Below, one piece after another: positions 9,241-19,203 of a stretch of 64,000 nt of DNA (the first letter of the stretch is position 1; the number at the start of each line of letters is the position of its first letter). Source of the stretch: Myxococcota bacterium (GTDB lineage: Bacteria > Myxococcota_A > UBA9160 > UBA4427). The DNA is taken from the NCBI GenBank assembly GCA_965250285.1, contig OZ252299.1:1888001-1952000 (forward strand), written 5' to 3'. The notes under the pieces are model-generated. The model did not search any database. It saw nothing but the letters and a program-made list of their open reading frames with translations, and was not told the DNA's origin. The translations under genes and the position numbers were made by a program.

Positions 9241-10602
9241 ATGCCGTCCGCACGCTACGCCACCGCCCCGATCCCGTCCACGCGCATGCCGACGGGGCTG
9301 CCGTACATCCTGAGCAACGAGGTGGCCGAGCGCTTCAGCTACTACGGCATGCGCACCATCCTGTTCATCTTCATGACCCAGCATCTCATCGCGTCGGACG
9401 GCTCGCTCGACGTGATGACCGAGGCCGAAGCCACCGAGACCTACCACCTGTTCTCGTCGGCGGTCTACCTGACGCCCATTTTCGGGGCCCTGCTCGCCGA
9501 CATCTTCCTCGGCAAGTACCGCACGATCCTCGGGCTCTCGATCGTGTACTGCCTGGGCCACCTGGCCCTCGCCCTCGACGAGACGCGGCTCGGCCTCACC
9601 GTCGGCCTCACGCTGATCGCGATCGGCTCGGGCGGCATCAAGCCCTGCGTGTCGGCGCACCTCGGCGATCAGTTCGGCCAGCGCAACGGACACCTGCTCT
9701 CGAGTGCGTACTCGTACTTCTACTTCGGCATCAATCTGGGCGCGTTCGTCTCGACGCTGCTGACACCGATCCTGCTCGCCAAGATCGGACCGCACGTGGC
9801 GTTCGGGCTCCCCGGCCTGCTCATGTTGCTGGCCACGATCGTGTTCTGGTGGGGCCGCACCGAGTTCGTACACGTCCCAGCGGGCGGACGCGACTTCGTG
9901 CGCGAGCTGTTCGAGGTCGACACCTTGCGCGCGCTGGCCCGTCTGTGCCTGCTCTACGTCTTCATCGCGCCCTTCTGGAGCCTCTTCGACCAGACGGGCT
10001 CGTCGTGGGTCGCTCAGGCCCAGGAGATGGATCGGCACCTCTTCGGCCACGAGTGGCTCCCCTCGCAGATCCAGGCGATGAACCCGCTGCTGATCATGCT
10101 GCTGATCCCGCTCTTCGGTTTCGTCGTGTTCCCCTTCATCGAGCGCGCCGTGCGGCTCACACCCATGCGTAAGATCGGCGCCGGGCTCTTCATGACCGCC
10201 GCCGCATTCATGATCAACGTGCTGATCGAGGTGTGGATCGAGGCCGGCCAGACGCCTTCGATCGCCTGGCAGATGCTCGCGTATGTGATCATTACGGCCG
10301 CCGAGGTCCTCGTCTCGATCACGGGGCTCGAGTACTCGTACACCCAGGCGCCTCGGCGCCTCAAGAGCGTCGTCATGTCGCTCTATCTGATGAGTGTCTC
10401 GTTCGGCAACTTCTTCACCTCGCTCGTCAATCGCGTGATCCAGGACGAGCGTGGCGAGAGCACGCTCGAGGGCACGGAGTACTTCCTGCTCTTCGCAGGC
10501 GTCATGCTGGTCACGGCCGTTCTCTTCGTCCCCATCTCGGCGCGGTTCCGCGACCAGACCGTCCTGCAGGAGGAGGCGCCCGAACCGCCCCCGGTCGATT
10601 GA
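9241..10602 (+). CDS. POT/PTR family proton-dependent oligopeptide transporter
   Basis: EVAERFSYYGMR (ExxERFxYY), GSGGIKPCVSAHLGDQF, YFGINLGA and EYSYTQAP. Confidence 0.93.
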   Translation: MPSARYATAPIPSTRMPTGLPYILSNEVAERFSYYGMRTILFIFMTQHLIASDGSLDVMTEAEATETYHLFSSAVYLTPIFGALLADIFLGKYRTILGLSIVYCLGHLALALDETRLGLTVGLTLIAIGSGGIKPCVSAHLGDQFGQRNGHLLSSAYSYFYFGINLGAFVSTLLTPILLAKIGPHVAFGLPGLLMLLATIVFWWGRTEFVHVPAGGRDFVRELFEVDTLRALARLCLLYVFIAPFWSLFDQTGSSWVAQAQEMDRHLFGHEWLPSQIQAMNPLLIMLLIPLFGFVVFPFIERAVRLTPMRKIGAGLFMTAAAFMINVLIEVWIEAGQTPSIAWQMLAYVIITAAEVLVSITGLEYSYTQAPRRLKSVVMSLYLMSVSFGNFFTSLVNRVIQDERGESTLEGTEYFLLFAGVMLVTAVLFVPISARFRDQTVLQEEAPEPPPVD

Positions 10603-10632
10603 GCCGCCGAACGGAGCGGCTACCGTCTCGCG

Positions 10633-11709
10633 ATGCCCGAGCCCCACGCCGATCCTGCACACGCCGGCCCGCTGCCTTCCCTCGGCCTGCTGGTGAATCC
10701 GACCTCGGGGCGCGACGCGCGACGCATCTTCGCGCGCGCCGACCGCTCGACGATCGAGAGCAAGCGCAACCAGGTCGAGCGGATCCTGATCGGAGCCGCT
10801 TCGGGCGGCGTGAAGAAGACGCTCTTCGGCCGCGAGCCCTTCCGGGTGGCCGAGCACGCGAGCGACGCGCTGGGCGTGCACATGCACCGCGAGATCCTCG
10901 ACACCGGGGCGCACTGCAACTGGCGCGATACGCAGAGCGCGGTCGAGCAGATGCGCGATGCGGGCTGCGGCGCGCTCGCCGTGCTCGGGGGCGACGGGAC
11001 GAACCGCATCGTCGCCCGCACGTGGCCCGACGCGCCGATCCTGCCGCTGTCCACCGGCACCAACAACGTGTTCCCGAGCATGCTCGAGGCCACCGTGGCC
11101 GGCGCAGCCGCGGGGCTCGTGGCGAGCGGACGCGTGCCACTCGAAGAGGCGGCCCAGCGCGCCAAGGTCGTGCGCGTCGAGGTCGACGACGAACCCGACG
11201 ATCTCGCACTCGTCGATGCGGTGCAGCTCGTCGGCGACAAGATGGGCAGCTACCTGCCCGTCGATCCCAAACACATGCGGACGCTGGTTCTCACGACGGC
11301 GATCCCCGACGCGGTCGGCATGTCGCCGGTCGGCGGGCTGCTGCAGCCGACGCCGGCGCACGAAGATGCCGGGCTCGCGGTCGAGTGTGCCGAGAGCTGC
11401 GACGACGGCCGCCCGCTGCTCGCGCCGATCTCGCCCGGGCTCTACCGCACCGTGCACGTCCGCGAGCATCGCCGCCTCGCTCTGGGCGAGCGACTCGAGG
11501 TGCGGGGCCCGGGCCTGCTCGCCTTCGACGGCGACCGCGAACGCGAGCTGGCCGACGGGCAGTCGGCCTGGCTGCGCGTCGAGCGCGATGGGCCATGGGT
11601 GATCGATGCAGGCCGCGCTCTGATGATCGCCGCGCGCGAGGGGATCTACCTCGACCTCGAGGAGCTGCACGATCAGCGCTCGGAGGCCGGCGGCCTCGGC
11701 TGCTGCTGA
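10633..11709 (+). CDS. ATP-NAD/AcoX kinase family protein (AcoX-like)
   Basis: LLVNPTSGRDARR, VLGGDGTNR, STGTNNVFP.MLEATVAG and AFDGDRE. Confidence 0.8.
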   Translation: MPEPHADPAHAGPLPSLGLLVNPTSGRDARRIFARADRSTIESKRNQVERILIGAASGGVKKTLFGREPFRVAEHASDALGVHMHREILDTGAHCNWRDTQSAVEQMRDAGCGALAVLGGDGTNRIVARTWPDAPILPLSTGTNNVFPSMLEATVAGAAAGLVASGRVPLEEAAQRAKVVRVEVDDEPDDLALVDAVQLVGDKMGSYLPVDPKHMRTLVLTTAIPDAVGMSPVGGLLQPTPAHEDAGLAVECAESCDDGRPLLAPISPGLYRTVHVREHRRLALGERLEVRGPGLLAFDGDRERELADGQSAWLRVERDGPWVIDAGRALMIAAREGIYLDLEELHDQRSEAGGLGCC

Positions 11710-11716
11710 GGCGTTC

Positions 11717-12523
11717 GTGCCGACGCCGACCTCCGCCGACGACGCTGGCCCCGACCGCGCTCGCACCGCGCCCCACCTCACCGCATCCGAACGGAGCTTC
11801 GACCTCGCGAGACGCGTGGCTGAGCTCGACTGGTGGCATCGCATCGATCTCGGCGACGGGCTCGTGACCCCGGGCCGCGACGACTCAGCCACCAAGCTCG
11901 CGCGCCTCGGCCTGCCCGACGATTTGAGCGGCCAGCGCGTGCTCGACATCGGCGCTTGGGATGGCTTCTTCAGCTTCGAAGCCGAGCGGCGCGGAGCCGA
12001 GGTCGTCGCCATCGACGGGCCAGCCTGGGAGAGGGGTGCTCGCAGTGGCCGCGCCTGCTTCGACCTGGCCCACTGGGCGCTCGGCTCGCGCGTCGAGGCG
12101 GTGCCCCTCGACGTGATGCAGCTCGACGCGAGCACGCTCGGCCGCTTCGATCTCGTGCTCTGCCTCGGTGTGCTCTACCACCTCCGGGATCCGTGGGGGG
12201 CCCTCGCCCGCATCGCCGACGTCGCGGCGAACCGACTCGTGCTCGAGACCCACGTCGATGGAGTCTCGCTCGGACGTCCGGGCATGGTCCTCTACCCCGA
12301 AGCCGAGCTGAACGGCGATGCATCGAACTGGTGGGGACCGAACGAAGGCGCCCTGCACGCGATGCTGCGCGACGTCGGTTTTTCGGACGTGCGCACGCAT
12401 GCCCGACGCAGCCGGCTGGCGCGCTGGGCACGAGCACTCGATCGACGACGCCGCGGCGACCCGGCTTCGCTGCGCCACCTGGCCGATCAGGATCGCGTCG
12501 TGATCCACGCCGGGCGCGGCTGA
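11717..12523 (+). CDS. Class I SAM-dependent methyltransferase (CmoB/DUF1698-like)
   Basis: WWHRIDL, VLDIGAWDGFFSFEAERRGA, FDLVLCLGVLYHL and NWW.PN. Confidence 0.82.
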   Translation: MPTPTSADDAGPDRARTAPHLTASERSFDLARRVAELDWWHRIDLGDGLVTPGRDDSATKLARLGLPDDLSGQRVLDIGAWDGFFSFEAERRGAEVVAIDGPAWERGARSGRACFDLAHWALGSRVEAVPLDVMQLDASTLGRFDLVLCLGVLYHLRDPWGALARIADVAANRLVLETHVDGVSLGRPGMVLYPEAELNGDASNWWGPNEGALHAMLRDVGFSDVRTHARRSRLARWARALDRRRRGDPASLRHLADQDRVVIHAGRG

Positions 12524-12589
12524 CGGTCAGCCACCCTCCGCATCGGCGGGCCTCTTTACGCCGCCGTGCCCCGCGGCGACACTGGCCGC

Positions 12590-13372
12590 ATGCCGATCGA
12601 TGAAGCCGAGCTCGAAGCCCAGATCGAGGCCGCCCGCGACCTCGTCGACGCCGCATCGAAGGTCGCCGTCCTGACCGGAGCGGGGATCTCCACCGACTCG
12701 GGCATCCCCGATTTTCGCGGACCCCAAGGCGTCTGGACGAAGAACCCCGAGGCCGAGAAGATGGCCACGCTGCAGCACTACATGGCCGATGGCGAGCTGC
12801 GCGCGCGGGCCTGGCAGACCCGCTTGGCGATGGCCGACCGCGCGAACCAGCCGAACCGGGGGCACCGCGCGCTGCTCGCACTCGAAGCACGCGACAAGCT
12901 GGTCGCGTTGATCACCCAGAACGTCGACGGGCTGCACCACGATGCCGGGTCGGACCCTGCGCGGGTGGTCGAGATTCACGGCACGATGCGTGAGGTCACC
13001 TGCATGGCGTGCGGCGACCGTCAGCCGATGGCCCCGGTGCTGAAGCGGGTGCTCGACGGTGAAGGCGACCCGGCCTGCCTCCTCTGCGGGGGCATTCTCA
13101 AGAGCGCCACGATCTCGTTCGGCCAGGGCCTGGTGGCCGCCGACCTCGAACGCGCCGAGATCGCGGCGCGCTCGTGCGATCTCATGATCGCAATCGGCAC
13201 GACGCTCGGCGTTTATCCGATCGCGGCGGTGGTGCCCATCGCGGCAGAGAACGGCGCTTCCGTCGTCATCGTCAACGCCGAGCCGACCGAGATGGATGCC
13301 CTCGCCGACGTGATCGTGCGCGGATCGATCAGCGATGTGCTGCCGCAGATCCTGCGAGCGAACGAGGGCTGA
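12590..13372 (+). CDS. cobB: Sir2 family NAD-dependent protein deacylase
   Basis: TGAGISTDSGIPDFRG, TQNVDGLH, EIHG and a CxxC...CxxC zinc site. Confidence 0.92.
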   Translation: MPIDEAELEAQIEAARDLVDAASKVAVLTGAGISTDSGIPDFRGPQGVWTKNPEAEKMATLQHYMADGELRARAWQTRLAMADRANQPNRGHRALLALEARDKLVALITQNVDGLHHDAGSDPARVVEIHGTMREVTCMACGDRQPMAPVLKRVLDGEGDPACLLCGGILKSATISFGQGLVAADLERAEIAARSCDLMIAIGTTLGVYPIAAVVPIAAENGASVVIVNAEPTEMDALADVIVRGSISDVLPQILRANEG

Positions 13373-13447
13373 GCCGCGGCCCAGCCGGCTCCTCGCTCGT
13401 TCCGTCCGCGCCGGCCGGGTCCCTCGACCCAGCGCAGAGGCCGGTGA

Positions 13448-14218
13448 TCAGAACCGGTCGGGGCGGATCATCGCGTCGGTGCCGCCATCCGCGTACACGA
13501 TCGACCCGTGCATGAACGCGGCGCCCGAGCCCAGCATGAACTCGATCACGCCGGCCATCTCGTCGGGCTCGGCCCAGCGTCCGAGCGGAACGGGCAGCCC
13601 CCGAATCGCCTCCCCGGCGCCGGGCGTACCGAGCCCGCCCTCGAGCAGCGGGGTCTTGGTCGGCCCCGGGCAGATGGCGTTGATGCGCACCCCGGCCTCG
13701 CCCCAGCTCTCGGCGCGCCGGCGAACCGCGCGAGCCACCGCGTTCTTCGACGCGAGGTAGGCCATCTGACCACTCTCCTTCGCCGTCGTCTCGGCGAGCG
13801 CCTTCGCTTCATCGCCCTCGAGACACGCCTGCACGATCTCGCCCTCGGCGATGAACTCGGACATCGCGGCGCTGTTCGACGCGATCACGACGACTGCTGG
13901 GTCGTCGCCGCGCTGGAAGGCCGGCAACAGGCCGTCGAGCAGACTGACCGCTCCGAAGTAGTTGACGGCGACGACCTTCTCGATGTCGTCGATGTGCCCG
14001 CCGAGGCCTGCGCAGAACGCGCCCCGCTCGAGCTTGCCGGTCGAGACGCCGAGCACTTCGTCGATCGCCTTTTGTCGGCCCTCGGGCGTCGACAGGTCGG
14101 CGATGATCTCGGCGTCCTTGATGTCGACGCCGATCACGTCGAGCCCCTGCGCTTCGAGTCGCTTGCGCGTCGCCGCACCAATGCCGGTGGCGCAGCCCGT
14201 CACGACCGCCTGACCCAT
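13448..14218 (-). CDS. SDR oxidoreductase, 3-alpha-hydroxysteroid dehydrogenase/carbonyl reductase-like
   Basis: TGCATGIG, ADLST..GR, VNYFG, YLASK (YxxxK) and HGS...DGG.DA..RP..F. GGAG RBS upstream. Confidence 0.85.
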   Translation of the reverse strand: MGQAVVTGCATGIGAATRKRLEAQGLDVIGVDIKDAEIIADLSTPEGRQKAIDEVLGVSTGKLERGAFCAGLGGHIDDIEKVVAVNYFGAVSLLDGLLPAFQRGDDPAVVVIASNSAAMSEFIAEGEIVQACLEGDEAKALAETTAKESGQMAYLASKNAVARAVRRRAESWGEAGVRINAICPGPTKTPLLEGGLGTPGAGEAIRGLPVPLGRWAEPDEMAGVIEFMLGSGAAFMHGSIVYADGGTDAMIRPDRF

Positions 14219-14466
14219 GTGCTCTCCTCCCCGTTCGGCCTCGTTCGGCCCCGTCTGCTTGTCGGAAGCGCCTGTGTGACTCGCGCGGCCTCCGCCGCCT
14301 TTCGCGTGCGCCGCAGCGGATATAGCCCAGAAGGTCGCCCGCTCCACCAACGGGGCCCGTGCGCCGCGGAGCCACACGGGGTACACCCTCGATCGCCCAC
14401 GCGCCTTCGAGACGAAGGAAGCCGGCCCTGACGTGAGGAGCCCACGCCGCCGCGCGGCTCGAAGCC

Positions 14467-15804
14467 ATGCCCCTGCCCCGTTTCGACCTTGCCTCTGCCG
14501 ATGATCGTCGCCGCTGGACCGAGCGCCTCGACGCGCTGCGCGCCACCGCGACGACGTCGACCGAAGCCGCCGAGACCGTCGCGGCGATCGTCGAAGACGT
14601 GCGCGTGCGCGGCGACGACGCCGTCGTCGACTACATGCGGCGTTGGACCGATCCAGAGTTCGATGCCGACCGAATTCGGGTCAGCGCCGACGAGCTCGAT
14701 GCCGCCTACGCGGCGATCGACCCCGACCTCGAGGCGGCGCTCCAGGCGTCGATCGAGAACGTGCGTACGTATCAACAGCACGTGATGCCGAAGGCCCCCG
14801 CTCCGATGGAGCTGGCCGGGGCCGAGGTCGGCATGCGCTTCACGCCCGTGGCCAGCGCCGGTTGCTGCGTGCCCGGCGGCACGGCCGTGCTCGTCTCGAC
14901 GCTCGTGATGCTCGCCGTGCCGGCGATGGTGGCTGGCGTGCCCGCCTCGGGCGTCGCGGTCATCCATCCGCCGCCGACGCGCCGAGAAGGCGATGCCCCG
15001 GGCGACGTGTCTCCCGTCGCGCTCGCCACGTGCCGCATGCTCGGCATCGATACGCTGTACCGCGTGGGTGGGGCCCAGGGCGTGGCCGCGTTGGCCCACG
15101 GCACCGAGCAGATCGATCCGGTCGCGATGATTGCCGGCCCCGGCAACGTGTTCGTGCAGCTCGCGAAGCAGCGCGTGAACGGCGTGACCGGCACCGACGG
15201 GGGCTTCTACGGTCCGAGCGAGATCGTGACGATCGCAGACGACGGTGCCGACCCGGCCTGTATCGCCGCCGACCTGATGGCGCAGGCCGAGCACGACCCG
15301 GGCAAGTGCTTCCTCGTCGCCTGGTCGCGAGACGTGCTCGATCGCGTCGACGTCGAGCTCGACCGACAGCTCGCCGAGCGCGGGCGCGCACCGGCGATCG
15401 AAACCGCGCTGCGCGACGACTCGGCTTCGCTGCTCGTCTCGGGGGAAGACGAGGCGGCTGCCGTCGCCGACGCCATTGCCGCCGAGCACGTGAGCCTCTC
15501 GGTCGCAGACCCCGAAGCGTGGCTCGCCCGGCTCGAGAACGGCGGCGAGTTCTTCCTCGGCGACCAGACCCCCGTCGCCGCCGGCGACTACTACGCCGGC
15601 CCCAGTCACTGCCTGCCGACCGGCACGACCGCCCGCTTCGCGAGCGGGATCAGCGTCTATACGTTTCTCAAGCGCACGGGCACCGTGCGCTACCGCGACG
15701 GCATGCCGGGCCGGGCGATCGACGTGATCGATCGGCTGGCGACACTCGAGGGGCTCGACGCCCACGCAGCCTCGGTCCGCGTGCGTCGGCGGCTCGATGA
15801 CTGA
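14467..15804 (+). CDS. hisD: Histidinol dehydrogenase
   Basis: VPGG, GGAQ, GPGN, GPSE, QAEHD, AEH, GDY.AGPSHCLPT and EGL.AH; the zinc and catalytic residues are present. Confidence 0.9.
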   Translation: MPLPRFDLASADDRRRWTERLDALRATATTSTEAAETVAAIVEDVRVRGDDAVVDYMRRWTDPEFDADRIRVSADELDAAYAAIDPDLEAALQASIENVRTYQQHVMPKAPAPMELAGAEVGMRFTPVASAGCCVPGGTAVLVSTLVMLAVPAMVAGVPASGVAVIHPPPTRREGDAPGDVSPVALATCRMLGIDTLYRVGGAQGVAALAHGTEQIDPVAMIAGPGNVFVQLAKQRVNGVTGTDGGFYGPSEIVTIADDGADPACIAADLMAQAEHDPGKCFLVAWSRDVLDRVDVELDRQLAERGRAPAIETALRDDSASLLVSGEDEAAAVADAIAAEHVSLSVADPEAWLARLENGGEFFLGDQTPVAAGDYYAGPSHCLPTGTTARFASGISVYTFLKRTGTVRYRDGMPGRAIDVIDRLATLEGLDAHAASVRVRRRLDD

Positions 15805-16498
15805 CGACGCCGAGCACGTCGTCGACGGTTGGTCGCCCCGCCCGGCACCCGACGCTGCGCGGCTCGAGGGTCCAACGATCGTGCTCGAGCGCTTCGAAGC
15901 CGCGTATCACGCCGAACGGCTCTTCGATGCGATCAATCGACCCGAGCATGCCGACCTCTGGCGCTTCATCCCGTTCGGCCCGTTCGAGTCGGCCGAGGCG
16001 ATGGGGCAGGCTTTCTCGGCGATGAACGCGGCCGGCGAGTGGGTCACCTATGTCGCGCGGCCCCGGGATGCAGAGCACCTGGTGGGCACGGCGAGTCTCA
16101 TGGCCAACCGCGGCGCCCACGGCGTGAGCGAGGTCGGCTGCGTGATCTATGCCCCCGAGCTCAAGCGCACGACGGCCGCCACCGAGCTGCAGGCCCTGCT
16201 CGCCCGCTACGTCTTCGACGAGCTCGGCTATCGCCGATACGAATGGAAGTGCGACGCGCGCAACGCCGCGTCTCGACGCGCGGCCACAAGGCTCGGCTTC
16301 ACGTTCGAGGGCGTCTTTCGTCAGCACATGGTCGTGCGCGGCCTGAACCGCGACACGGCCTGGTTCTCGATCACCGACGCCGAGTGGCCCGCCGTGCGAG
16401 CCGCCTTCGACACATGGCTCGCACCCGACGCCGTCGATGCCGACGGCCGACCCAAGCGACCCCTCGCCGAAATTCGCGCGGCCCTCTCTGGTCGATGA
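15797..16498 (+). CDS. GNAT RimJ/RimL family N-acetyltransferase
   Basis: ATE....L..YVFDELGYRRYEWKCDARNAASRRAA.RLGF.FEGVFRQHMVV.G.NRDTAWFS. Confidence 0.88.
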   Translation: MTDDAEHVVDGWSPRPAPDAARLEGPTIVLERFEAAYHAERLFDAINRPEHADLWRFIPFGPFESAEAMGQAFSAMNAAGEWVTYVARPRDAEHLVGTASLMANRGAHGVSEVGCVIYAPELKRTTAATELQALLARYVFDELGYRRYEWKCDARNAASRRAATRLGFTFEGVFRQHMVVRGLNRDTAWFSITDAEWPAVRAAFDTWLAPDAVDADGRPKRPLAEIRAALSGR

Positions 16499-16571
16499 CG
16501 CCTGACACGGGGTCGGCGCCGCCCCCGCCATGCGAAGGCGCTCCCGAACGACGCAAGAAACCGCGGGGCGA

Positions 16572-16610
16572 ACAACGAGAAGACCCCGCGGCGGCGAGCG
16601 CGCGCGGGGC
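16572..16610 (-). terminator. Possible intrinsic terminator downstream of tRNA-Gly
   Basis: Minus-strand stem GCCCCGCG/CGCGGGGT followed by the U-rich CTTCTCGTTGTT. Confidence 0.45.
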
Positions 16611-16621
16611 CATCCGAAATC

Positions 16622-16697
16622 TGGAGCGCGAGACCGGGTTCGAACCGGCGACCCTCGGCTTGGGAAGCCGATGCTCTACCAACTGAGCTACTCGCGC
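16622..16697 (-). tRNA. tRNA-Gly, anticodon CCC
   Basis: GCGCGAGTAGCTCAGTTGGTAGAGCATCGGCTTCCCAAGCCGAGGGTCGCCGGTTCGAACCCGGTCTCGCGCTCCA forms a 76-nt cloverleaf with encoded CCA. Upstream TTGCGA-N16-TACCCT looks like its promoter. Confidence 0.97.
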
Positions 16698-16769
16698 GAC
16701 GCGCGTAGGGTACGCCGACCAAGACGCCTCGCAAGACCGGGCGCCGAGCGCCCGTGGTAGGTTCGGTGC

Positions 16770-17945
16770 ATGCCGTCCGAGGCCAAGCCGTCGTCCAAGC
16801 AAGGCCGCCGCCTCGGGCCCGCCAGCGCGCTCGCCGCGGCTGGCCTCGTGGTCCTGCTCGGGTTCGGCGAGCTTTGGGCGCGCCATGAGGCGGCGCGCGA
16901 TGGCGCCTCGCTGCCGGCGATGCTCGGTGGGCCGAGCGAAGCCGGCACGACCGAAGACGGGCGGCCGATCTTCACCGGCATGCGGGATCTCACGCGGCCC
17001 CACCTCGACGGCGTGTTTCGGGGGGCAGACTACCGCTCGGACGCCATCTCGTTTCGCGGTGCGGATCGGCCGAGGGGCGCGGCGCCCGGCACGCGGCGCA
17101 TCATCGTGACGGGCGACTCGATCGCCCTGGGCGCCGGCGTCGAAGAAGCCGAGGCCTTTCCGATGGCCGCTGAGGCCTGGCTCGAACGCGAGGCAGCGCC
17201 GCCCGCCTGGGAGGTGTTCAACGCCGGCATGGCCGGTGCGAATGCCGCCTTTGCCATGCAGCGGCTGGAGCGTGGACTCCGTCGGTATGGCGCCGATGTC
17301 ATCGTCTACGGGTTCAGCCCGAACGATCTCGAGGGGCCTGCGTACCAGCGGTTCCCTGCCGAGCGCACGGCATTCGATCTGATCGCCGAGGCGGGCTGGC
17401 CCGCGCGCTCGAAGTCGGAGCTGATTCGCATGGCCGCATGGCGCTGGTACGGCCTGTGGGATCGCATCATCGCCCTGAACGTCGAGCATCACGCGCGCGA
17501 AGTCCGCTTCAATGCTTTCGAGAATCCGGCGGCGTGGGAGAACCTGCTGAACGAGCTCGACCGCTTCGCCGGTCTGGGTGAGCCCGAGGGACGCTGCGCC
17601 GTCCTGCTCGTCCTGACTCGGCTCGTCGCCCTGAAGCCCGAAGAGCACCCCTTCGGCGAGGTCTACGACGCCGTCATCGTCGAAGCGCGTTCGCGCGGCC
17701 TCCACGTCGTCGACACGCGCTCGCTCTTCCTCGGCCGAGAGGCCGACGAGCTGCGCCACTCGGTCTTCGATCCCCACCCGAACGTCGCGGCCCACGCCGA
17801 GATCGGCGCGCTGCTCGGCGAGGCGGTGGCGGGGCTGCCCGAAGCGTGCTGGACGGCCTCGGACGACGGATCAACCCGCGGCTTTCGCACGCTCGACTCG
17901 CCCGAGGGCCAGGCCGAACGTCACGAGCGCGATACAGGCGAGTAG
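16770..17945 (+). CDS. SGNH/GDSL hydrolase family protein with an N-terminal membrane anchor
   Basis: Blocks GDS (VTGDSIALG), NAGMAG, PNDL and DPHPN (DxH). Confidence 0.8.
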   Translation: MPSEAKPSSKQGRRLGPASALAAAGLVVLLGFGELWARHEAARDGASLPAMLGGPSEAGTTEDGRPIFTGMRDLTRPHLDGVFRGADYRSDAISFRGADRPRGAAPGTRRIIVTGDSIALGAGVEEAEAFPMAAEAWLEREAAPPAWEVFNAGMAGANAAFAMQRLERGLRRYGADVIVYGFSPNDLEGPAYQRFPAERTAFDLIAEAGWPARSKSELIRMAAWRWYGLWDRIIALNVEHHAREVRFNAFENPAAWENLLNELDRFAGLGEPEGRCAVLLVLTRLVALKPEEHPFGEVYDAVIVEARSRGLHVVDTRSLFLGREADELRHSVFDPHPNVAAHAEIGALLGEAVAGLPEACWTASDDGSTRGFRTLDSPEGQAERHERDTGE

Positions 17946-19112
17946 CCCCGCCGCGAAGTGCGCCGCGCCGGGGAAGAAGATCGGCGCCCCCTCGCTCGTG
18001 AACATGTGAAAGAGCCGCGTCATCAACAGTGGCGAGAAGACCATCGTGAGCGACGCAATGCTCGTCATGGCGCCCTGCAGTTCGCCCTGAGCGTCGGCCG
18101 GGACGGCCGCCGACATGATGCTGCGCATCGCTGGCATCCCGAGCCCGCCGAGCGCGAACGGCACCATGCACGAGAGGAAGAGCACCTCGCTTGGCGCCAG
18201 GGCGAAGCCAAAAAAGCCGATCGACGTCATCGCGAAACCGACGCGAGCCGTCCGGGCCTCGCCGAGCACTGGGATGACCCGGCGGATCAGCAGAGCCTGC
18301 ACCAGCACGTTGAAGATGCCGAACACGCCGAGCGAGAGCCCGACCTGACCTTCGGTCCAGCCGAACTTGAGCATCGTGAAGTACGTCCAGACCGCGGGGT
18401 TCGCATCGTGGGCCAGTTGATAGAAGACGATCACGACGAACAGCCCTGCGACGGCGGGGAACCGCTCGAGCGAACGCAGTGCGCCGACCGGATTGGCCCG
18501 GGCCCACCGAAACGGGCGGCGGTGGGCCGGATCGAGGCTCTCGGGGATCACGAAGAGCCCGTAGATCACGTTCGCGGCTGCAAGCGCCGATGCTGCGTAG
18601 AACGGCACGCGCGTGCCGAAGCCCCCCAGCCAGCCCCCGATCACGGGGCCGAGAATGAAGCCCAGCCCCCAAGCCGCGCCGATCAGACCGAAGTTCTGCG
18701 CGCGCTCTTCGGGCGGCGTCACGTCGGCGATGTACGCGTTGGCGGTCGCGCCGGTCGCGCCCGCGATCCCCGACACGGCGCGACCGACCAGCAACCACGG
18801 CAGGCTCGGCGCGAGGGCCATGAGCAGATAGTCGATCGAGTACGCACCGAGGGAAGCGAGCAGGACGGGACGCCGACCGAGGTGATCGGACAGGTTGCCG
18901 AGCACGGGCGCGGACAGAAACTGCATGAACGCGAAGACGAACAGCAGCCAGCCGCCGTACACCGCCGCATCCGACAGGCCTTGCCCGGTCAGCTCGACGA
19001 CGAGCTCGGGAACGACCGGGATGATGATGCCGAACCCGATCGTGTCGAGGAGCACCGTGAAAAGCACGAAGGCGAGTGCGCGACGGCGCGGTGCGGGCGG
19101 ATGGTGGGCCAC
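17871..19112 (-). CDS. MFS efflux transporter, TCR/Tet (DHA1) family
   Basis: [14 protein letters not shown], motif [29 protein letters not shown] and QGELQG. GTG at 19112 is preceded by TACGGT-N6. Confidence 0.9.
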   Translation of the reverse strand: MAHHPPAPRRRALAFVLFTVLLDTIGFGIIIPVVPELVVELTGQGLSDAAVYGGWLLFVFAFMQFLSAPVLGNLSDHLGRRPVLLASLGAYSIDYLLMALAPSLPWLLVGRAVSGIAGATGATANAYIADVTPPEERAQNFGLIGAAWGLGFILGPVIGGWLGGFGTRVPFYAASALAAANVIYGLFVIPESLDPAHRRPFRWARANPVGALRSLERFPAVAGLFVVIVFYQLAHDANPAVWTYFTMLKFGWTEGQVGLSLGVFGIFNVLVQALLIRRVIPVLGEARTARVGFAMTSIGFFGFALAPSEVLFLSCMVPFALGGLGMPAMRSIMSAAVPADAQGELQGAMTSIASLTMVFSPLLMTRLFHMFTSEGAPIFFPGAAHFAAGLLACIALVTFGLALGRVERAKAAG

Positions 19113-19203
19113 GCACAGACCGTAGCGCCGCATCGCAGGGGCCCACTCCGCCGCGGGCCCAAGGGGCGCGCGTGTCGCACCCCGCGGTAGCGCTTCGGCG
19201 CGC

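Noticed and set aside
11701..11735. Selenocysteine readthrough at CC-TGA of the AcoX-like gene (a hairpin follows the stop)
   Set aside because: The hairpin is too close and short for a typical bacterial SECIS. The readthrough frame is Arg/Pro-rich junk and out of frame with the next gene.
8373..16498. Two GNATs plus a sirtuin as a dedicated acylation/deacylation or defence system
   Set aside because: The genes are in different orientations and transcription units. The sirtuin is an ordinary CobB-type enzyme, not a defence-type SIR2 domain.
16499..16697. tRNA-Gly as the attachment site of an integrated element
   Set aside because: I saw no integrase, no duplicated tRNA 3' end and no compositional shift nearby.
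17871..19112. Acquired tetracycline resistance gene (tetA)
   Set aside because: It is a generic chromosomal TCR/Tet-family MFS protein with no tetR or mobile element alongside.
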